Source: Octopus sinensis (Eukaryota). Taken from it: a DNA stretch of 64,000 nt. The notes under the pieces are model-generated. The model searched no databases, was not told where the DNA came from, and saw only the letters and a program-made list of their open reading frames with translations. Location: positions 32,860,001-32,924,000 of the forward strand of contig NC_042998.1 in the NCBI RefSeq assembly GCF_006345805.1. Reading direction: 5' to 3'. The position numbers and the translations under genes were made by a program. Shown here piece by piece: positions 53,818 through 64,000 of this stretch (within the stretch, counting starts at the first letter, position 1; each line of letters opens with the position of its first letter).

Positions 53818-54294
53818 ACTTCCTCACTTCTTGAGCGTTAAACTAATACATCTGTTTGTTGTTCACAGACCCGTCTTCGTCTTTTTTTTGTAAATTCTCA
53901 CTATATATATATATATATACATAAATACATACATGTGTGTGTGTGTTTGTGTAATGGGACTCAACTATCTCGGCAGAGTTAATTTCACATATACATCCTT
54001 CCCTGACCACTTCTGTATGAAAACCCTTGTGACCGACTGCTATGAATGGTTAGAATTCACGAGACACTGTCTAACTGCATGAGAAATAGCGGTAACAAAC
54101 ATAACAGAGTGAATATATAAGGGATCAGGTAAGTATACACATGTTGTCTTTTTTTGTTCGGGATTATTTCAGATTTGACTTTGATCAACTTGTTTTTAAG
54201 TTCCTAATCATTCGTTGAGCCCTGAAAAAAAAAATTCATTTAGACGAGTTAAGATGTAGTTTGTTGAGTATACGTAAACTTTGTTACCACCACG

Positions 54295-54351
<57 letters not shown>

Positions 54352-55530
54352 GCGCGAGTGTGTGTACACGCATGAGTGCATATGCGTACGTACACGTGTC
54401 TTTGCGTTTGTGTTATTATTGATATTGACTTAACAATCGATGTCACCTTTTGTATGACCTGTAAATAAAGATCGATAAAATAGATACCCCATTGAAATAA
54501 TACTATGGTTTATATGACCGATCAGACCTTTGAACGCAGTGCTCCACCATCGCTGCAGTTCACTAACTACAACCAGTAAGAGAAGAAAATGTGTTTACAT
54601 ATATCTACATTTCACAAAAAAATATCAACACTCCACATTCATTGATTTTACTAGGAAGACAAACAGTGAGTTCTTAAAATGGTACTTCTTTAAATACTAT
54701 TTCCAGCAGTCATTCTTCCATTCAGTAATATTCTTCAGATCTTTTCAGATCTTCTGTGTTTTTTTTTTCTTCTGATCATGTCGGGTGAAAAGGTTAGTAA
54801 TATAAAGTTACCTTACGGATCAATCATCTTCTTGTATTGATTTTGTTTAACTATAAATTAGGTCAGTTTCCCAGGGAGCTAGTTGAATCAATCGAATCTA
54901 GTGAAGTCTACAACTGCTGTATTCTTGAAAAATGAAAAGCTCAGCCAATCCTAGATAGATTTTCTCCAGAATCCCGACCAATTACTAAATATCTATTTCC
55001 GCAAATCGTTCTATCTCTTTACTGTTGCCATAATGTTTTCGAACATTTCAAAATTTCACAGAAGTTGAGAAAAAAATTTGAAAGAAAAGTAACAAGCGTA
55101 TTTTTCGTATTGGTTTATCCATCGCTTTCAAAAAAGATGAAAACACTAGAATTATGATTAAATTTGTAGATATGACTAGCACTATGATCCAGTAACGCCG
55201 GGTCATAGTGCTAGTGCATGCAATATACAGCTGTGTGCGTGCGCACATACACGCGAGTACTGTCCAAATCTCCAACCAATCACATACAGCTAGCTGGCAT
55301 TCAATTGGCGTATCAAGTTTCGGGCATTTTGATTGGGTTTTGGATAGAAAATTCACAAAAAAGTCACTTCTATTGATTTTTTAATGGCTTTGTTGGGTGA
55401 CTGGGAAAATGTAAAGATGTGCACAACCACTCTTGGACGGTTTTGAATGACCATAGAAAGTGCGAGCCCTCTAACTGAAAAATTGTGGATTTGTATACAG
55501 GACACGCACACACAGACACACACACACACG

Positions 55531-55572
<42 letters not shown>

Positions 55573-56224
55573 CATTTTGCCGTTTATATATAGAGAGATA
55601 TCATCTAGGCTTCGATCAGATACAGTATAGCTTTTAACTTTGATCACTGTCTCCTGCAATTTCCATCAACTTCAAACTTTTCTAATTTATATAATTCCTT
55701 TCCTTTTTCAAAATGAAAAGACTGATGCATTGTTTCCTATTTTATGTAAACTGAAGAAATAAAAAACCAATGTTGAGCTTAGCAGACGAGGAACTCAGAA
55801 ATATCTTGAACTCTGTAATGCATCCAATACATCACGTGTTTCTTACGCTCATTACTCTTGATATATTCCTCAACTCACCCTGCCCGGTTCGTTTCTTATC
55901 TAAAAAAATGTAGCCTTATTAGCGTTTTATACAGTGCTTATTTGAGGTACGAAAATCAAAAATACACTTACGAGGCTGATATTTGTCCTTTTCAATTAGA
56001 TCTCAATTCCTAAACTAGTCTTTTGCCATATTTTGTGTTCAATGTGTTCAAAGCTCTATATTAGCTTATGCGTGCGCAATCGAAAGACGTGGAAAGTTAG
56101 TGCATTATTTTATTTGCATATATATATATATAATGGGAAAGTTTACGAAAATGAACAAAAGACGAAGGCAGGTGGACTACAAACAAACAAATGTATTAGT
56201 ATAGCGCTCAGGAATAGAAAAAGT

Positions 56225-56260
56225 CTTTTACGTTTCGAGCCTACGCTCTTCGACAGAAAG
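56225..56260 (-). ncRNA. Second copy of the CUGUCGA-core hammerhead-fold motif
   Basis: Reverse complement: cuuu CUGUCGA a gagc guag gcuc GAAA c GUA aaag. The element (about 56130-56335) is flanked by (TA)n. Confidence 0.65.
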
Positions 56261-56602
56261 ATATACAGAAAAAAACAAGGAGAGAAAAAAATGCGTGTAG
56301 GAGCTAACGATCTATCATGGCGTCCTGACTTCGATATATATATATATACATATATGTATGTTGCGTAAGTCTCTTTTGCCGAACCGCTAAGTTACGGGGA
56401 CGTAAACACATCAACATCGGTGTCAAACGATGGTGGGGGTACACAGACACACAAATACATCATTCATACACACATACATACATACATACATACATACATA
56501 CATACATACATACATGCATATATACATACATATATACATACATACATACATGCATATATACATACATACACACATACATACATACATACATACATACATA
56601 CA

Positions 56603-56635
<33 letters not shown>

Positions 56636-57171
56636 GGTGTTCTCTTTTTGATGTTTTATCAAATTAATGTATTTAATTTCTGTTGTGTTTATGGAACTTA
56701 ATTAAATTTGACGCCAATTAACTAAATATTTCTCCAAATATTTTCATGTTTTCGTCAGTGTTGATATATTTGGCAATAAGTCACTTAAATAATTCTATAG
56801 TAAATTTTGTTTTTCTAGATACCTGAACTGTTTTTCTAGATACCTGAATTAAGCCAAATTTTGTTATTTTGCTTCTGTTCGCGGATGCTGCGTCAATTTT
56901 ATTGCTCTTCGTGTTATCCATGATGAAATTTTCTGAATTATTTCAACATATTAATATAACAAGTTACAATTTTGTAAAGAAAAATGATTCCTACTTCGGG
57001 ACAAAATCACAAAAAAAAATTCAGTACAGGAATACTGTCGACTAAACTGTATCAAGTACACTTTTTGGTACTTCTTTTGTCGATACCAGAAAGATGAAAG
57101 ACAAGGTTTTAATCTTGGAAGCTCTGGAATCACAATATAAAAAGAGACACAACTGAGTATCACAAAGTATT

Positions 57172-57843
<672 letters not shown>

Positions 57844-59150
57844 AAATACTACAAAACATACAATACCTTCCCATTTATAATTGTCCACTGATTTATTGCA
57901 GTGACACTGGACAGGGTTAATCGTTAGAGCGTGCGTCTAAGTAAATGCAAGGTGCTATTTAGATATGGTTATTTAGTTCGGGGTGCAAATCCAGCAGGGG
58001 AATTATTTTCGCTTTATTTTTCAATAATTCAATATGAATGATTTCAAGTTTTGGTATAAGTCCAGCAATTTCAGGGAATGATAAGTCGATTAGAACGATC
58101 CAAGTGCTCAACTGGAACTTATTTCATTGACCCCACGAAGGGATGAAAAGCAAATTCGACCTCGGTGGAATTTGAACCCAAAATGTGAAAACGGACAAAA
58201 TGCCGCTAAGCATTTTGCCTGGCGTGCTAACGATTCTGCCAGCGCGCCGCCTTTGATTGATTCAATAAAGTATCAATCAAATACTAGAGGAGACGAATTA
58301 ATCCACTAAGCCATCCTAAAATGTCTGCCATTGTGTCAATATTACAAGTTTTAATTTAGTCGCAGCCATTTCTGTTCTGAATTAAAATTCGCTAAGATCA
58401 ACCGGTCGTCTTCCCGTCGTGGATGAAACAAAATACCAGTTAAGCACTGAGGCCATTGTAATCGACTCTACTCATCGTCTGAAATTTGATTGTCTCAGAT
58501 TTCTATTGCTTTTACTGAAAATCGATATAATCGATAACATATCCCACAAAAAATGTTTGCTTTTGCTAATATCTTAAGTGGATCTTTCTTGGAGAGTTCA
58601 CTGAGTTGAAGAAAGGAGCATTCCTTCAGCCACGCCATCAATCTTTTGATTGATGGTGTGGTTAGGCGAATGCTCTTTTGTAGCTCCTTAAACGTAGCTG
58701 ATTCTGACAGGGAGAGAAGAGAAATGACACCAGGACTTTGTTGCTAATTGATTTATTGATCCAGAAGAGATGAAGATGTCCTCGGCGTTATTTGAACTTA
58801 ATGCAATACACTTTTGACACTTTTACACCTTATAAATTTGATTGACAATTCCCAGCATAAGAAGGCAGTTATCGGTTTGGAGCCGCAGTCAATTGTATCT
58901 TTTTCAGCACTTTATTGGTTCTTAACGTTTCTACACCGGAAATATGAGTTCAACTCGGACTCAGACCAAAAATAACTCGATTGTTATTCCTAATAGAACT
59001 TATAATTTCTTACATAATAATTGCTAACAATTTTATGGGAAACGAACCAGTACTTGAGTGGTCCTCATTTTCTGAACGCTTTAAAGGTGAAAGACAATCT
59101 CAAAATTAGCAGAATGTTGACTGCAGAGTTAAGAAACGCAACTAAGTACC

Positions 59151-59376
59151 TATTTCTTTACTACCCACAAGGGATTAAACACAGAGGGGACAAACAAGGA
59201 CATACAAACGGATTAAGTCGATTATATCGATCCCAGTGCGTAACTGGTACTTATTTAATCGACCCGAAAGGATGAAAGGCTAATTCAACCTCGGCAGAAT
59301 TTGAACTCAGAACGTAGCGGCAGACGAAATACGGCTACGCATTTCGCCCGGTGCGCTAACGTTTCTGCCAGCTCGC
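59151..59376 (-). mobile_element. SINE-A monomer with a 14-bp TSD
   Basis: cgcaactaa(g/a)tacc at 59137-59150 and 59374-59387. Confidence 0.9.
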
Positions 59377-60276
59377 AACTAAATACCACAAGACGACATT
59401 TTTTCTCTACCGATGCTCATCTCCATTCTCCTATCTCGCCCTCCTGGCAGTAATAATAATGACTTCTGAATCTGGAACAAAGTCAGACATTTTATGGGAG
59501 GATGTTATCGATTTAATTGACTTCTTGAGAGCAGTTTTATCGACCACCAAAAGATCAAACGAAAAATCAGCGGTAGCAAGATGTGAATTGAGAATGCGCA
59601 GGGACTGAAGAAAATAGTTTTTGAGGGAGTTAACAATAATTTCCGGTTTAGGCAAGAGATCAGAAGTCATTGGGAACTGAATGTAGTTGATTTTACTTTT
59701 TTAACCGGCTGAAGAACGATGAGGTGCAAAACCTCCATATATAAGTACACTATTTTTTATGTTTTCCACTAATGTATAAAAGAAATGTGTTTCTAAGCAA
59801 CTGCGCGTATGAGTGTATTCTCTCGCATTTAAGAATTACAAATATTTCCTTCACACTTAATAACTGTAATTCAATGACCATATATCTATTTCCTTGATCA
59901 AATCCGACGAAAGAGAAAATAACATTTTCATGTAATTCTTTTCGATTTTCATTTAACCAATATGGAGTTTTGCATTTCGTTTTCTGTGTAACCTACACTC
60001 CACTGAACATACACACAACTAACTCTTTAAAATACGTTTTGCGAATTAAGCAAATATACCAACAGGTTTTATTTTGAAAATACTGACGTTACAAAAAAAA
60101 AGTAAATAAAGCATTTCCTTGCTTCTACAGTTTTTGAGAAAGCAGAGTCAGCACTCAAACATCAATCAAGTAAACAAACTGATTAAACAGAGGCACCTAA
60201 TTTCTTGTATTTGGATATGTTCTTATGGGGAGAGAGAGGTATACAAATAATGAACAAAATAATAATAATAATAATA

Positions 60277-60307
<31 letters not shown>

Positions 60308-60347
60308 TATAATAATAATAATATAATAATAATAATAATAATAATAA

Positions 60348-60570
60348 TCTATCCTATGCAAAATACTTTCTATGTAATCTCAAGTTTTAAAACAAACATA
60401 ATTTTCGTATGTTTTTTTTAGACATTCACTAGTACAACACTAAGTACAAAACCAAATATATGGCACACTAGGCATGACACCAACATGAACTTCCAGCTTG
60501 TTGTCTCTTGAGGTCTCTGGGTGAGACTTGGAGCCAACTTGTACAAATGTAAAAGCAAAAGTCAAACATA

Positions 60571-60575
<5 letters not shown>
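60348..60575 (+). mobile_element. Probable 3' end of a second R4/Dong-like element within (AAT)n
   Basis: ILCKILSM* resembles the HILRGTLSIQ* terminus. (AAT)n lies on both sides. Confidence 0.5.
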
Positions 60576-60624
<49 letters not shown>

Positions 60625-61003
60625 TAATAATAATAACAATAATAATGATGATAATAATAGCAATCATGATAATGGTAATAATAATAACTATGTCAACAAT
60701 AATATCGACGACAATTTGGCGTAGTTTCTAATTCTGTGTATTTATCGATTTGGTGTTATGTCAGATTTCATCGGCACCAGTGACTTCTTCCTATTAAATT
60801 ATTGCTTGCGACTTTGGAGTAGGAAAGTGCTACGGCCTTATCTTTTATGGTTTTCCTGTCGGTGTTGCCGCTGTTCAAATATTAGACGTTGTCGTTAAGG
60901 TTAAAAATACATTGCAGAAATGGAGAACAATGTTTCATCGGAACTACAACGTCGTATACATAAAACCATCGACACGAGCCAACATACACACACGCACACA
61001 CAC

Positions 61004-61371
61004 TTGTGGCACTCCGTCGGTTACGACGACGAGGGTTCCAGTTGATCCTATCTACAAAACAGCCTGCTCGTGAAATTCACGTGCAAGAGGTTGAGTACTC
61101 CACAGACATGTGTACCCTTAACATAGTTCTCGTAAGATTCAGCGTGACACAGAGTGTGACAAGGCTGGCCCTTTGAAAGACAGGTACAACAGAAACGGGA
61201 AGAAAGTGAGAGAATGTTGTGGTGAAAGAGTACAGCAGGGTTCGTCACCACATCCCTGCCAGAGCTTCGCCGAGCTTTAGGCGTTTTCGCCCAATAAGCA
61301 CTCACAACGCCCGGCCTGGGAATTGAAACCGCGAGTCCGCTGCCCTGACCACTGGGCCATTGCGCCTCCAC
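61004..61371 (-). mobile_element. SINE with a family-C-like head and a different 3' half
   Basis: Head tggcccagtggtcagggcagcggactcgcgg is shared with 33031. Tail is ccctcgtcgtcgtaaccgacggagtgcc. Confidence 0.8.
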
Positions 61372-62194
61372 ACACACATACACGCACACACACACACTCA
61401 TGTACACGTCATGCATATGTTTCTGAGAATCTGTGTGTTATCTATATTTATATATCTGTATGTATGTATATTCATACACACACACACACGAAGCAGTTAA
61501 AAGGTATCATATAGCAATCAAACACACACTTTTACATAATTACGCAACGCATAAAAACGCACACACATTTAAGTGTACAAATATGACTGTAGGATAAAAA
61601 AAATATAGCGTTACACTTACGTAGTTCCCGGTTCAATCACAATACACAGAACTTTGAGCAAGTGTCGTCTACCATAGACTTGAGTCGATCCCAAATATCC
61701 GAATGAAGTTTGGCTGACTACTCTGTCTGAAAACAGGTCAAAGCTGCGGTTCTTTTCTTGGCTCGTAGACTCAAATTATCTCTCAGTTGTTCGCCTTCAT
61801 TTGGCCCCTCGGTGAAGTTTATGAACTTCAATCTGTTGCAATCATCGTTCCATGAATCTGGCGTGAAGATAACTTCCCACTTTCTCGATCTGCGCTCAAT
61901 GAATGTATCATGTGTTGTTGGTTGAATATTTAACACGTCGAACAAAATGCTTTGTGGTATTCATTCTGGCTCTTTACGTCCTGAGTTCAAATCCCAGGGC
62001 TGGTACATCATTTATCAGACAAGTACTAAAATCAATGTAATTGAATTGTCTTCTCCCATCAAGATTGCTGGCGTTTGTCCCTGCAACGATGCGGGGTCTC
62101 GTTTAGTTGGGAACGTTTTGATCTCGGTAAATTAAATGTCATAGAAACCAGGCAAACGTCTTTATGAGTCCTAGAGTTCAAGAAAAATAAATAT

Positions 62195-62820
62195 AGGTGC
62201 AAGCGTGGTTGTGTGGTAAAGGTATTTGCTTCCCAAAAGGCGGCGAGCTGGCAGAAACGTTAGCACGCCTGGCGAAATGCGTAGCCGTATTTCGTCTGCC
62301 GCTACGTTCTGAGTTCAAATTCCGCTGAGGTCGACTTTGCTTTTCATCCTTTCGGGGTCGATAGATTAAGTACCAGTTACGCACTGGGGTCGATGTAATC
62401 GACTTACTCCGTTTGTCTCTCCTTGTTTGTCCCCTCCGTGTGTAGCCCCTTGTGGGCAGTAAAGAAATAGGTATTTACTTCCCAACCACGTGGTTCCGGG
62501 TTCAGTCCCGTTGCGTGACACTTAAGGCGTCTTCTACAATAGCCTCGGGCCAACCAAGGCTTTGTGAGTGGATTTCGTAAAGGGAAACTGAAAGAATCCA
62601 TCATGTGTGTGTGTGAGAGAGAGACTTTGTGTCGGAGTTTATCTCCCAGCACTGCTTAAGAATCGGTGCCGGTATGTCTGCATCACTGAAAATCAGTGCC
62701 TAAGCAAAATGACTGATAGAATGGGCACCAGACTTTTTAAAAAAACAATCGATTCGTTCGATTAAATTCTTCAACGCTGTATTCCAACGTGGCCGCAGTC
62801 TAATGACTAAAACAAATCAA
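62195..62820 (+). mobile_element. SINE-B interrupted by a SINE-A monomer (62237-62468) with a 17-bp TSD
   Basis: TSD aggtattt(g/a)cttcccaa at 62220-62236 and 62469-62485. Confidence 0.88.
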
Positions 62821-62974
62821 AGATAACAGATAAACACACATACACACACACATATACATACATGGTACGATGGGTAAATTGTCGACATTTTATATTTTTA
62901 ATTTTATGCATGTGTATTGTTTGTTTTTGAACTTGTCGACTACACAGTAAAGTAGAGTCAGTTGGGCACCGTTT

Positions 62975-63695
62975 GTAAGAAAAAAGGCAATCACTCTGCC
63001 AGAAAATTGGAAACGGCATGCTGTACTGCTTGGCATTCACACCAGAAGCCCCAATAAGAACATTTTAGTGTGTGAATATGAGGACATGTACCGAGAGTGA
63101 TAAAAATCAAACATCCAGTCAACATCATGGGGTTTGGAATGATCACCAGTGATGGCGATGTTATATTTCCATTCATCTTCCCACACGGCCTCACACTCAA
63201 CATGGAGCCATTCATCAAGTGCCTGGAGGAGGTAGTGCTGCTCTGGCTCAAGAGGGTGGCTGCTGGAAAACCCTCTGTCTGGCAACAGAACTCTGCACCA
63301 TGCCACACAAGCAGGAGAACCCAGCCATGGCTGTCAGACAATTTCTGCAACCACATCAACCCTAACATCTGGCCACCTAACTCTCCACACTGCAACCCCA
63401 TTCATTATTATGTGTGGGGCGCAGTTGAGCAAGAGACCAACAAAATTCCTTGTAACACCAGGCAAGGATTATGACAGCATTCACCAGTTTAAACAATGAG
63501 ACCTTCCAGAAGCTTTGCGGGAGATGCTGAAGTCGTCTGGAGGCCGTGGCTGAAGCCGATGGCGATTTTATTGAATAAATTGACTCTTTAGTTATTTCAA
63601 GATATTTTTGTGTAATTTTCGTAAATATATCTGCTAAAACAAGATATCAGTGTTATTATCACTTTGCGTAATTTAGACGACAATATCTTCACTGC

Positions 63696-63700
<5 letters not shown>
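62975..63700 (+). mobile_element. maT (DD37D) transposon 3' half, dead
   Basis: WQQN(D)SAPCH...WPPNSPHCNPIH(D)Y has 37 residues between the two mutated catalytic positions. It ends ...caccct before (TA)n. Confidence 0.82.
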
Positions 63701-63769
<69 letters not shown>

Positions 63770-64000
63770 AGTTCAGTAACATTTTTGATTCAGTTGATTA
63801 TGGTACTTAAGTTAAAGGCACCAGAATTTGGTATGGTATTAGCCATATAATTCAAAATGGGGTGATTATAATCAAAATAAGCAACAAGGATATCCAAAGG
63901 TAATACAGTACGATCGTTTCATGCGACTCCATTCAATTAAACAATGCAGCACCCACTTTGTGATGTTGGTAAATGGAATAACTATAAATGAATCTTTTCA
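63770..64000 (-). mobile_element. PLE-like end at (TA)n with the 3' half of an HHR; the rest lies beyond the window
   Basis: Reverse complement of 63906-63923 is cau GAAA cgaucg UA cug, the same stem III as 17949-18012. Confidence 0.55.

Overview
AT-rich, microsatellite-dense eukaryotic DNA with no recognisable host protein-coding exon, so probably intergenic or intronic. The SINE families and repeat landscape suggest an octopod cephalopod, which is an inference. Almost all of the ORF track is microsatellite or SINE artefact. Real coding remnants are all dead transposons: Tx1/L1-like LINEs (172-2424; 45400-46560), a mellifera-type mariner (12952-14155), two DD37D/maT fragments, a Penelope-like element (PLE) with RT C-terminus plus GIY-YIG (24617-29510), and R4/Dong-like 3' ends in (TAA)n. 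There are at least four tRNA-derived SINE families. Hidden structure: (1) about 12 minimal type-I hammerhead ribozyme (HHR) motifs with palindromic stem III, from several families, mostly at microsatellite or fold-back insertions; (2) a tRNA-headed, HHR-tailed SINE inserted with PLE-type inverted geometry and a TSD; (3) a recurrent non-canonical CUGUCGA hammerhead core; (4) a strongly polarised transition pattern between the arms of a fold-back inside the PLE, compatible with ADAR hyper-editing fixed by retrotransposition; (5) a shared 3' tail linking the dominant SINE to the Tx1-like LINE, with the SINE moving as fixed-junction dimers and chimeras. All alignments were done by eye, and boundaries without TSDs are approximate.
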